DNA from: Candidatus Pampinifervens sinense
GTDB lineage: Bacteria; Aquificota; Aquificia; Aquificales; Aquificaceae
NCBI GenBank assembly: GCA_037927135.1
Contig: JAXSPP010000008.1
Coordinates: 19,281-83,280, forward strand
Direction: 5' to 3'
DNA: 64,000 nt
A model generated the notes under the pieces. It was not told the DNA's origin, made no database searches, and saw only the letters and a program-made list of their open reading frames with translations. Within the stretch, counting starts at the first letter, position 1, and every line of letters starts with the position of its first letter. Positions 10,904-19,588 of the stretch are shown here, piece after piece. The translations under genes and the position numbers were made by a program.

Positions 10904-11580
10904 AGTTTGCAGTCTGCGTTTTTCCAGGGTCTAACTGTGATTATGATACATACTATGTGATAAGAGATCTTCTTGGACAAGAGGTAAGCTTTGTAGATTA
11001 CACCACAAAGGACTTAAAAGGCTTTGACTGTGTGGTAATCCCAGGAGGTTTTTCCTTTGGAGACTACCTTAGGGCTGGTGTGCTTGCCAGCAAAACTCCT
11101 CTTGGGAAAGCTATAGTAGATTTTGCCCAGAAAGGCGGTCTTGTTCTTGGCATATGCAACGGCTTTCAGATACTTACTGAGCTAAAGCTTTTGCCTGGAG
11201 CCCTTTTAAAGAATGAGAATATGCGGTTTGTATGCAAGGATGTATACCTTAGGGTGGAAAACAACAGGATAGCTTTTACCAAAAGGTTTGAGAGGGGAGA
11301 GGTCATAAGGATGCCCATAGCTCATGGTGAAGGAAGGTACTATCTTCCAGAAGAAGAGCTAAGAAAGATAGAAGAGAATGGTCAGGTAGTCTTGAGGTAC
11401 TGTGATGAGGATGGAAATATTACGCCTCAAGCCAATCCTAATGGATCGGTAAACAATATAGCTGGTGTGTGCAACAAAGAAGGGAACGTTTTCGGTCTTA
11501 TGCCCCATCCCGAGAGGGCATGTGAAGATATATTAGGCTACAGGGATGGCATAATCTTGTGGCATTCCCTCCTTGCCTAA
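10900..11580 (+). CDS. purQ: Phosphoribosylformylglycinamidine synthase glutaminase subunit
   Basis: FPGSNC, GGFSFGDYLR, GICNGFQ, MPHPER. Confidence 0.96.
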   Translation: MKFAVCVFPGSNCDYDTYYVIRDLLGQEVSFVDYTTKDLKGFDCVVIPGGFSFGDYLRAGVLASKTPLGKAIVDFAQKGGLVLGICNGFQILTELKLLPGALLKNENMRFVCKDVYLRVENNRIAFTKRFERGEVIRMPIAHGEGRYYLPEEELRKIEENGQVVLRYCDEDGNITPQANPNGSVNNIAGVCNKEGNVFGLMPHPERACEDILGYRDGIILWHSLLA

Positions 11581-11601
11581 AATAGGTATAATAGAAAATG
11601 G

Positions 11602-12423
11602 ATGATTTTGGTTCTACTCTTACTTATTATAAGCCTCGCTTCCGGTAAAGTTGTAGCGCGTATAAACAAAGAAGTTATAACCCTACAAGAGGCAAGAGAA
11701 GCCTTCAATGCCTATTGGAGAGAGATACTTCATCTACCTATTGCAAGGGCTAGCTCTAGAGATTTTCAGGAGTTTTTAGTGGAGTATGTAAGAAGCAGGA
11801 TAATAAGGATGGAAGCAGAAAGGATGGGGCTTTTTGTATCGGAGAGGGAGTTTGAAGATTATGTAGAAAGGAATGTAGGAAGTAAAAGGCTAAGCCCCAT
11901 AGCGAAGGAGTTTCTATACACGGAAATTCTCAGCCAGAAGATAGTAGATAGGATAGGGGGTAATTTGGATATAAAGGAGGGTCAAATAACAGCATACTAC
12001 TACCTTAACCTAAGGGACTTTAAGTTGCCAGCGCAGGTTTTGCTAGAGAGGTACTCTGTTGGGAATCTTGATAAGGCAAATGAAGTTTATTATAGGCTCA
12101 GCAATGGCCTTCCCGTAAGGGAAGACAGGGATATAAAGATCGGTCAGCCCATGTGGTATTCTATACAGACCTTGCCGGAGATAGTAAAAAGACAGCTCTA
12201 TCCCTATGAAGTTGGTAAAACTACAAGGCCCATAGAGGTGGGTGGTGCGTATGTTATCTTTAGAGTGGCAGACAGAAGAGGAAGCGGTATAATACCTTTG
12301 GAAGAGGTCAAGCCTATAGTGAGGGAAAAGCTACTCAGAGAAAGAAGACAGGAGGTATTTCAAAGATGGTTCAGGGAGGCTTTAAAAAAGTACTCTGTGG
12401 AGTTTTACTTTGGACAGCTTTAA
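11602..12423 (+). CDS. SurA/PrsA-like periplasmic chaperone (degenerate parvulin domain)
   Basis: Signal peptide; VVARINKEVIT N-terminal SurA-like motif; C-terminal PLEEVKPIVRE. Confidence 0.7.
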   Translation: MILVLLLLIISLASGKVVARINKEVITLQEAREAFNAYWREILHLPIARASSRDFQEFLVEYVRSRIIRMEAERMGLFVSEREFEDYVERNVGSKRLSPIAKEFLYTEILSQKIVDRIGGNLDIKEGQITAYYYLNLRDFKLPAQVLLERYSVGNLDKANEVYYRLSNGLPVREDRDIKIGQPMWYSIQTLPEIVKRQLYPYEVGKTTRPIEVGGAYVIFRVADRRGSGIIPLEEVKPIVREKLLRERRQEVFQRWFREALKKYSVEFYFGQL

Positions 12424-13202
12424 GCTTTCCAGCAGTGCTTGTGGATAGAGTGGTTGCTTCTGTAAACTCGGAACCCATACTGGAGAGCGATGTAAAGATG
12501 GGCATGCTTTTCTACGAAGGGCTTACAAGAAGGCAGGTCCTTGAAAAACTTGTAGAGGATATGCTTTTCTACCAGTATCTTATAGGAAAGGGTCTTCAAG
12601 TGCCACAGGGTATGGTGGATGAGGTTCTTCAAAATATAGCCAAAGCTAACAGGATGGACCTTGAAGGATTGGCAAGGGAGCTTGCAAAGGAAGGCCTTAG
12701 CCTTCAAGATCTAAGAAGGTTCTTAGAAAAGGAGCTTTTGGTTACACAGGGCCTTATAGCCTTTTTGGGGAAAGATATAAGGGTTTCAGATGTGGAGATT
12801 CAAACTGAAAGGCTAAAGAGGGGTGATGTAAAGGAGATAAGAGAGATAGAACTTCTTGTGCTAGATAAAAGTAAGGGAGATAAACTGGTGGAGGTATTTA
12901 AACCATCCAAACCTCTTGAAGCTTTGGCAAAAGAGCTGGGTGTTAATTTGGAAAGATTAAGGGTGGCAAGGGGAGAGCTGGTGGAAAGCCTTGATAGAGA
13001 GGTTTGGAAGGCAAAGGTTGGTCAAGTGGTTTTGGCCGAAGACAAGGAACATATCTATATAGCAAAGGTTTTATCCGAGGATAAAGGTGGAGTGGATGAT
13101 GAAAGCATTAGGCAAGAGATAATGATGAGAAAGATAGAACAAAAAAGGCAAGAACTGCTTGAAAGGTTAAGGAGAAACAGTTTTATAAAGGTACTCCAAT
13201 AG
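12366..13202 (+). CDS. SurA N-terminal domain chaperone
   Basis: Signal peptide; LVDRVVASVNSEPILESDV motif. Confidence 0.72.
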   Translation: MVQGGFKKVLCGVLLWTALSFPAVLVDRVVASVNSEPILESDVKMGMLFYEGLTRRQVLEKLVEDMLFYQYLIGKGLQVPQGMVDEVLQNIAKANRMDLEGLARELAKEGLSLQDLRRFLEKELLVTQGLIAFLGKDIRVSDVEIQTERLKRGDVKEIREIELLVLDKSKGDKLVEVFKPSKPLEALAKELGVNLERLRVARGELVESLDREVWKAKVGQVVLAEDKEHIYIAKVLSEDKGGVDDESIRQEIMMRKIEQKRQELLERLRRNSFIKVLQ

Positions 13203-13964
13203 GCTTGATAAGCTGTTGAACATAAAATCTGGGGTAAAATTGGCCTTTTTTAGCTCCTCTTCTTTGTACTTTCCAGTGGTCATAAAGACCGTCCTTATAC
13301 CCAAATCCTTTGCGCCCATGAGGTCTGTGTATATATCATCGCTCACAAGCCACACTTCCTCTCCTTCCAAACCCTTTAAGGCATGATCTATAAACTCCTT
13401 TGAAGGTTTTCCTAAGTTTGGTATGTCCCCTTTGTAATTACAAGCATGGGCTATGCATAGAGCTAAAGATCCTGCACCTGGAAAGTATAGTCCATCATCA
13501 TCCTTGACTATCCTACTTAGGTTTACAGGGATTATTTGGGCTCCGTTTAAGAAAACGGCGGATGTGGCCAGCTTTAACTTCCTAAAGTCTATATTCCTGT
13601 CTTGACCTATAACAACCGCTTCCACTCTATGATCTTCCACCACTTCAAAGCCAAGCTCTGAAAGGTAATCTTTGACCGCAGGCATTCCTATAAAGAACAC
13701 CCTCTTTACCCCTGCCTCTTTTAAGTAATCACCTAGTATGGAAAGGGGTGATATAAACTCATCCTCCCTTAGCTCTATTCCCTTTTCTTTTAGCTCTTCC
13801 AATATCCTTTTGGGTGGCCTTGTGGAGTTGTTGGAAACTACCCTAAAGGGTATACCTAACCTTCTTATACCTTCCAAAAAGTTATGTGAATCTGTAAATG
13901 GGTTCAAAGCCTTATCCTTTACCAAAACACCATCAAGGTCAAGAAGTAATACCAACCTTCTCAT
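13167..13964 (-). CDS. HAD-IIA (NagD-like) phosphatase
   Basis: DLDGVL, SNNS, GKPS, DDIYTD motifs. Confidence 0.88.
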   Translation of the reverse strand: MRRLVLLLDLDGVLVKDKALNPFTDSHNFLEGIRRLGIPFRVVSNNSTRPPKRILEELKEKGIELREDEFISPLSILGDYLKEAGVKRVFFIGMPAVKDYLSELGFEVVEDHRVEAVVIGQDRNIDFRKLKLATSAVFLNGAQIIPVNLSRIVKDDDGLYFPGAGSLALCIAHACNYKGDIPNLGKPSKEFIDHALKGLEGEEVWLVSDDIYTDLMGAKDLGIRTVFMTTGKYKEEELKKANFTPDFMFNSLSSLLEYLYKTVSP

Positions 13965-14203
13965 TGCTTAAAAGGTATGCTTATCCATAGCTCATCAAAT
14001 CCCTCCCTTTCCCTTCTTATATCCACCTCAATCTTATCCACTTCAAACTGTGGATATTTGGAAAAGACAAAGATTAAATCATCCTTAAGACGATCTACAA
14101 AGTTCGGTGGAAGTCCTTTCCTTTCATAGGAGAGGACCAAAGTAAGCCTCTTTTTAGCCTCCTCCTTACTTTTACCCTTATTAAAAAGGAAGTCCAATAT
14201 CAT
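13961..14203 (-). CDS. minE: Cell division topological specificity factor
   Basis: AKKRLTLVLSYER; follows minD. Confidence 0.9.
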   Translation of the reverse strand: MILDFLFNKGKSKEEAKKRLTLVLSYERKGLPPNFVDRLKDDLIFVFSKYPQFEVDKIEVDIRREREGFDELWISIPFKQ

Positions 14204-14205
14204 GT

Positions 14206-14994
14206 CTATTTCCCCAAAAGCCTTTCAAGCAAGCTCTTTTTCTCACCATACTTTACCATAGGAACTTTTTCACCATCAATCCTTCTTGCCATATCCATTA
14301 TAGCCTTTGAAGCGTTGTATTCACTAAATAGCACTATAGGCTCACCCCTGTTGGTAAAGTCTATAAGCTTTGGCTCCTCTGGTACTATGCCTATCGGCTC
14401 TACTTTTAGTATGTCCACTATATCTTCCACCGAAAGCATCTCCCCCTTCTTCACACTTTCCCACTTTATCCTGTTTATAACAAGATAGTATTCCTTTTTG
14501 CCCATATTTTCCAAAAGTCCTATCACTCTGTCCGCATCTCTAATAGAAGAAACCTCTGGGTTTACTACCACAAGCGCCACATCTGCAGGTAAAGAGGCTA
14601 TCTGAAATCCTCTTTCAATACCCGCTGGAGAATCTATAAATATGTAATCATATTCATTTGATTCCTTTATTGTGTTTATAAGCTCCACCCACCTATCCTT
14701 GTCTATAGCATCCTTGTTTTTCGTTTGGTTTGCTGGAAGTAGCCAAAGGCTAAGGCCCCTTTTGTCCCTGACTAAAGCCTTCCGAAAATCCACCCTGCCT
14801 TCCAAAACATCTAACACATCATAAACAATACGGTTTTCAAGACCCAATATCATATCAAGGTTTCTAAGACCTATGTCCGCATCTATCGCCAATACCTTCC
14901 TTCCAAGGCTAGCTAGAGCTACGCTTAAGTTGGCAGTTATTGTTGTTTTGCCTACACCTCCTTTTCCAGATGTAACCACAAACACTCTACCCAT
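14206..14994 (-). CDS. minD: Septum site-determining ATPase
   Basis: SGKGGVGKTT, DIGLRNLD, DSPAGIE, C-terminal amphipathic helix. Confidence 0.96.
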   Translation of the reverse strand: MGRVFVVTSGKGGVGKTTITANLSVALASLGRKVLAIDADIGLRNLDMILGLENRIVYDVLDVLEGRVDFRKALVRDKRGLSLWLLPANQTKNKDAIDKDRWVELINTIKESNEYDYIFIDSPAGIERGFQIASLPADVALVVVNPEVSSIRDADRVIGLLENMGKKEYYLVINRIKWESVKKGEMLSVEDIVDILKVEPIGIVPEEPKLIDFTNRGEPIVLFSEYNASKAIMDMARRIDGEKVPMVKYGEKKSLLERLLGK

Positions 14995-15555
14995 CTATAC
15001 CCTCTCAAGTATTATATTACCATCTTCTACCTTTGCAACTTCTGGATAACCAGGGGACTTTCTTTCCTTTTCATCCATTATAGCTACTTTTCTACCTATC
15101 CTTATCTGCTGTGGTTCCATCTCAAGGGCGACCACTACGGCGCTTTCATCACCCAAGGCACCAGCTATGGCAATACCTCTAAGCTTTCCCATAACTATGA
15201 TGTTTCCCGTTGCTATCACTTGCGCATCCTTGTTTACGTCCCCTAGGACTAAAATATCTCCATTGTGCTCCACCCTCTGACCGGACCGGAGGTGTTTTTG
15301 GATTATCAAAAGCCTTCCTCTCTTTGAATCTTCAATACTGGTTAGCCTTTTTACACTTTTGGTTGTAAGTATCTCTTCTATCTTTTCAACCTCTTCCTTA
15401 CTTAGAAGTCCTTTGCTATCTATAAGCACATAACTCCCTTCAAAAAGCTTAGGAGAGATCCTTTTTCTTATCTCTTCTGCTATGGTATGAATATCACCTT
15501 TCTCCTTTATCTCCACTAATAAAACTGGAAGTGTAACGCCTTTAATCTCTATCAT
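14995..15555 (-). CDS. minC: Septum site-determining protein MinC
   Basis: LRSGQ, GDVN, GKLRGIAIAG; start moved to ATG 15555 because the longer ORF overlaps a tRNA. Confidence 0.92.
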   Translation of the reverse strand: MIEIKGVTLPVLLVEIKEKGDIHTIAEEIRKRISPKLFEGSYVLIDSKGLLSKEEVEKIEEILTTKSVKRLTSIEDSKRGRLLIIQKHLRSGQRVEHNGDILVLGDVNKDAQVIATGNIIVMGKLRGIAIAGALGDESAVVVALEMEPQQIRIGRKVAIMDEKERKSPGYPEVAKVEDGNIILERV

Positions 15556-15561
15556 GTCCTT

Positions 15562-15637
15562 TGGCTCCGGGGGAGGGACTCGAACCCCCAACCAGAGGCT
15601 TAACAGGCCCCCGCTCTGCCGGTTGAGCTACCCCGGA
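15562..15637 (-). tRNA. tRNA-Asn (GTT), CCA encoded
   Basis: Minus strand TCCGGGGTAGCTCAACCGGCAGAGCGGGGGCCTGTTAAGCCTCTGGTTGGGGGTTCGAGTCCCTCCCCCGGAGCCA folds as a cloverleaf; loop CT-GTT-AA. Confidence 0.95.
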
Positions 15638-15691
15638 TTACATAATATATTATACATCCTTCCTTTTAGGAAGTATACTTTTAATTATAAA

Positions 15692-16837
15692 GTGCTGAGA
15701 CATTGGGATGGATGGATAATTTTTAGCGTCTTTGCCCTTTTTACTATAGGGGAGAGTGTCATAATAAGCATAAACTTAGTTCCCTATCTTATGGACTCTT
15801 ATGTCAATTTATCGTTGTACAAAAAGCCTCTTGTCCAGCTTTTGACCTTTTTTATTGGTTTTACCTTTGCGGACCTTTTAGCAAGGCTAGACTACAGAAC
15901 TTTTATGAAAAGGTCTATTCCTTATGTGCTTATCTTACTCACCATTGGAAGCCTTCTGGCTGTTATTGTAAAAAAGGTTTTTACCAGTAGATCTGTTGAT
16001 CGTTGGCTTTGGGGTACCAGTATACAACCTTTGGAGTTTGCCAAAATAAGCCTTGTCATCTTTTTGGCCTATTACATAGTTAAGAAAGGAAGTCTAAGAC
16101 GATGGAAGCACCTTATGTGGGCGCTTTTTTTCCCTATTTTTATAGCCTTTCTACTGCTTTTGCAACCGGACAAGGGTGGGGCCGTTTTTATTCTGCTTTT
16201 GACAGCCTTGATGGTCTATGTAGGTGGTGTTCCAAAAAGGGTATATTTCATAGTTTTTCTATTTATGTTCCTTTTCATATACTACATTCTCACGTCAAAG
16301 GGTTATGTGGCGGAGAGGATCTCCGCATGGAAGGATCCCTTTCTTGATCCTGAGGACAGTGGATACCAGATCATACAGTCCCTTTATGCCCTTGCAAGGG
16401 GTGGCCTAATGGGTGTGGGTATAGGTCAGGGTCTTCAAAAGATGGGTTCCTTGCCCGCATCTGATACAGATTACGTTATAGCCGTGATAGGTGAGGAGAT
16501 GGGATTTTTGGGTATTCTCATGGTTATTGTCCTTTACTGTCTTCTCATAGGTAGGCTGATCTGGCATTCTCTAAAGGCTTCAGATCCTATGGAAAAGCTC
16601 CTTTTGTTTGGTATAGCTCTGAACTTTGCCCTCTCCTTTTTGTGGAATATGGCCATGGTTTCCAACCTCATACCACCCAAAGGCATAGCCCTACCCTTTG
16701 TAAGCTATGGAGCATCCAACCTCTTGGCCTCCCTTCTCTTTTTAGGCATAGCCCAGTCGGTTATAAACCATCAAGAGAGAACAAGCTCAAGCTTTTCAAG
16801 CACCTCTTCTACACTAACTTTGTTTAAGCATGCCTGA
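15692..16837 (+). CDS. ftsW: SEDS family peptidoglycan glycosyltransferase (FtsW/RodA)
   Basis: IQPLEFAK, LQPDKG, GYQIIQS, HTD-like DTDY, LPFVSYG; start placed at GTG 15692 (upstream extension is antisense to the tRNA). Confidence 0.85.
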   Translation: MLRHWDGWIIFSVFALFTIGESVIISINLVPYLMDSYVNLSLYKKPLVQLLTFFIGFTFADLLARLDYRTFMKRSIPYVLILLTIGSLLAVIVKKVFTSRSVDRWLWGTSIQPLEFAKISLVIFLAYYIVKKGSLRRWKHLMWALFFPIFIAFLLLLQPDKGGAVFILLLTALMVYVGGVPKRVYFIVFLFMFLFIYYILTSKGYVAERISAWKDPFLDPEDSGYQIIQSLYALARGGLMGVGIGQGLQKMGSLPASDTDYVIAVIGEEMGFLGILMVIVLYCLLIGRLIWHSLKASDPMEKLLLFGIALNFALSFLWNMAMVSNLIPPKGIALPFVSYGASNLLASLLFLGIAQSVINHQERTSSSFSSTSSTLTLFKHA

Positions 16838-17703
16838 GTGCCTGTTTTGCACCTTTTTGGGTTTGGCGAGCAGGGGGAGCACCAGAGGTCTGGCTTAAGG
16901 TAATAGCCCTTTAGAGGATAAAAGCCATAATCTGGTGATGTGGCAGTGTATATGCTTATGGCTGGCACACCAAGGGCATTGGCTATATGCACTGGTGCAG
17001 AATCGCAGGATATTACAACCTTTGAGAGACTTATGACGGCCATAAGCTCCCTCAAGTTAGTTTTTCCCACAAGGTTTATAACTGGGCTATCTTTGAAAGC
17101 CTCAGCTCTTTCCCTTCCTATCACCACCACAGGAAGCCTTATCCTTTTGACAAGCTCAAGCCAGTTTTCCAGCTTCCACTCCTTTAGTGGAAAGTTAGAA
17201 AAGGGGGAGATTACCACAAACTCTTTTGGGAGATCGAACTTCTCAACAGCTTTTCTTTTTTCCTCCTCTTCTACCATCAAAGTAGGAAGCCTTTCAAAGC
17301 TCTTTATACCAAGGGGCTTTAAAAGCTCTAAGTTTCTGTCCACTTCGTGCATGTCCCATCGGTGTTTTATCCTATGAGTGTATAGCCAAGAGAGCTCCGA
17401 CCTGTCAAAGCCAATTCTGATAGGTATGCCGGAGAAAAAGAGGATGAGGGCTGTCCTTGCGGATATATGTGGGCTTATGGCCACATGGTAGTCTTTTATT
17501 TTTTCCAGCATTTCAAAGCTCTCTTTTAAGCCCTTATCAAAGGGAATTAGCTCTATATCAAAGCCCTTTAGAAGTTCTTTTATAAAGCTTCTGCCTACAA
17601 AGGCTATATGCGCCTTTGGAAAATTCTTTTTGAGACTCTTTATTAGGGGGGTGGCAAGGACCACATCCCCCAGGTAGGCTGTCTGCCAAAGAAGTATCCT
17701 CAT
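16771..17703 (-). CDS. Glycosyltransferase family 9 (ADP-heptose:LPS heptosyltransferase-like)
   Basis: YLGDVVL, DSAPVHIA, CSPC motifs. Confidence 0.88.
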   Translation of the reverse strand: MRILLWQTAYLGDVVLATPLIKSLKKNFPKAHIAFVGRSFIKELLKGFDIELIPFDKGLKESFEMLEKIKDYHVAISPHISARTALILFFSGIPIRIGFDRSELSWLYTHRIKHRWDMHEVDRNLELLKPLGIKSFERLPTLMVEEEEKRKAVEKFDLPKEFVVISPFSNFPLKEWKLENWLELVKRIRLPVVVIGRERAEAFKDSPVINLVGKTNLRELMAVISLSKVVISCDSAPVHIANALGVPAISIYTATSPDYGFYPLKGYYLKPDLWCSPCSPNPKRCKTGTQACLNKVSVEEVLEKLELVLS

Positions 17704-18128
17704 TTAATTCCCGATATGCTGGCTATCTTCCACTTTTTCTCGTCCTTTATCACTATAAAGCTAAAGATCTTTTCCACACCTTGCTTGTCTATTATCTTTA
17801 CCACCACCTCCACATGCTTGTCATCTATCTTGCTTGCATCAAGCACCTTTACCTTCTTTATGTTCTCACCCATGGAAGAAAGCACGCAGGCCAGGACTTC
17901 CGATGGCTTCATCTCCGTTAGTTGTACTGGAACTTTCAGCTCTTGAGCCAATGCGTCTCTGAAGGGTGGATACAGAAGCTTTACTGCCTCTTTTCCTTCT
18001 CCATCCCTTACCTCTTCAATAAAGTCTTTTACCGTATCTCTGGCAGACTCCTCCGGCTTTTCGCCGCAGGCCCTGAAGACAAAAAAGACCAAAAGGACAG
18101 CTCCTAAGATAAGAACAATCCTTTTCAT
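17700..18128 (-). CDS. Hypothetical membrane/lipoprotein (NTF2-like, DUF4878-like)
   Basis: N-terminal hydrophobic stretch ending RAC; C-terminal KWKI. Confidence 0.6.
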   Translation of the reverse strand: MKRIVLILGAVLLVFFVFRACGEKPEESARDTVKDFIEEVRDGEGKEAVKLLYPPFRDALAQELKVPVQLTEMKPSEVLACVLSSMGENIKKVKVLDASKIDDKHVEVVVKIIDKQGVEKIFSFIVIKDEKKWKIASISGIK

Positions 18129-19552
18129 GAACTTACCTCCTCTATAAGAAATTTGTGGATTGACTTGGCCGCTTTTCTTCCTTCCGCGAGGGCCCTTACC
18201 ACCGTGTCTCCACCGTTTACCACATCTCCACCGGCAAAAAGGCCCCTTACAGATGTCCTAAAGTTCTCATCAACCTTTACTGTTCCCCATCTGGTAAGCT
18301 CAAGCTCTGGCAGGTCTTCATAAGCCACAGGATTTGCCTTTTGCCCTATGGCAAATATGACCGAATCGCACTCTATTATATGTTCTGACCCTTCCACTGG
18401 CACAGGCCTTGGCCTTCCGCTCTCGTCTGGCTCTCCCAGCTCCATCTTTATACACCTTAGGCCTACCACCTTACCCTCTTCGTCTCCTACTATCTCTATG
18501 GGCTGTGTTAGCCAATGGATTATGGCACCCTCTTCCGCAATGTGGTCCCACTCCTCTTGGCGTGCGGAGGATGTTTCCCTTGTCCTTCGGTATACCACGT
18601 GGGTTTCCACTCCAAGCCTCAGGGCCGTTATGGCACAGTCCACAGCCGTAAAGCCACCACCTATTATGGCAGTTCTTCTTCCAAGGTTTACAGGCGTTGC
18701 GCTTTGTGGAAAGAGGTCTGCCCTTGCAAGCCCTACCCTTGTTAGCACCTCAATGGCAGAATAGACACCTTTCAGATGGTCCCCCTTTATACCCAAAGAC
18801 CCCCTTCCTGCACCTACAGCCAAAAAGACTGCATGATATTTTTTCAAAAGTTCTGAAAGCTTTATGGTCCTTCCCACCACATATCCGAAGAAGAACTTAA
18901 CACCCAAATCCTCAAGCTCCTTTATATGCCAGTCTATTATCTCCCTTGGAAGCCTCGCATGGGGTATGCCGTAGGCCATCACACCCCCAGCCCTTGGCAG
19001 TGCTTCAAAGATATGCACCTCATGCCCCCACCTTGCCAGGTCATAGGCGCAGGCAAGCCCCGCAGGCCCGGCACCTACCACAGCCACCTTATAACCTGTA
19101 GGTTCTTCCCTTTCCACCTCCACCTTTATGCCGGATATCCTTATAAAGTCTCCCACAAACTTCTCAAGGGCGCCTATGCTTACTGGAAGTCCCTTATTCT
19201 TTCTATTTTTCACCGTATCATAATACAGTATGCAAGAACCTTCGCATTGCCTCTCCTGAGGACATATCCTACCGCATATGGAGGGGAAAGGGTCCGCCTC
19301 AATGATCTTTTTGTAAGCACCCACAAGGTCTCCTTCTGTTATCTTCTTTATAAAGCCAGGTATGTCCACATTTATGGGACAGCCCTTTATGCACCTTTGG
19401 TCCGCATCCTTGCAAAAAAGGCACCTTTTGGCCTCATCAAGGGCAAGAGGGACAGAATAGCCAAGAGCGTATTCTCTAAAGCCTTTTACCCTCTCTTGAG
19501 GGGGCATAAGAGGTTCGGGGTTCCTGTCTTCGTACCTTATACGCTTAGCCAT
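18125..19552 (-). CDS. GltD/SudA/NfnB-like NAD(P)-dependent Fe-S flavoprotein
   Basis: RCLFC...CPINVDIP, CGRICPQERQCE, GAGPAGL, GGGFTAVD, FAGGD. Confidence 0.88.
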   Translation of the reverse strand: MAKRIRYEDRNPEPLMPPQERVKGFREYALGYSVPLALDEAKRCLFCKDADQRCIKGCPINVDIPGFIKKITEGDLVGAYKKIIEADPFPSICGRICPQERQCEGSCILYYDTVKNRKNKGLPVSIGALEKFVGDFIRISGIKVEVEREEPTGYKVAVVGAGPAGLACAYDLARWGHEVHIFEALPRAGGVMAYGIPHARLPREIIDWHIKELEDLGVKFFFGYVVGRTIKLSELLKKYHAVFLAVGAGRGSLGIKGDHLKGVYSAIEVLTRVGLARADLFPQSATPVNLGRRTAIIGGGFTAVDCAITALRLGVETHVVYRRTRETSSARQEEWDHIAEEGAIIHWLTQPIEIVGDEEGKVVGLRCIKMELGEPDESGRPRPVPVEGSEHIIECDSVIFAIGQKANPVAYEDLPELELTRWGTVKVDENFRTSVRGLFAGGDVVNGGDTVVRALAEGRKAAKSIHKFLIEEVSS

Positions 19553-19588
19553 TTAGTAAATAATTATATGCGGAAAGGTTAAAAGTGT

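Noticed and set aside
15554-15691. N-terminal extensions of ftsW and minC in the ORF track
   Set aside because: They run through the tRNA-Asn gene; downstream starts fit the families
18926-19582. 218-aa plus-strand ORF and the many other 60-180 aa overlapping ORFs
   Set aside because: Antisense or alternate-frame shadows of well-supported genes, with no motifs or SD
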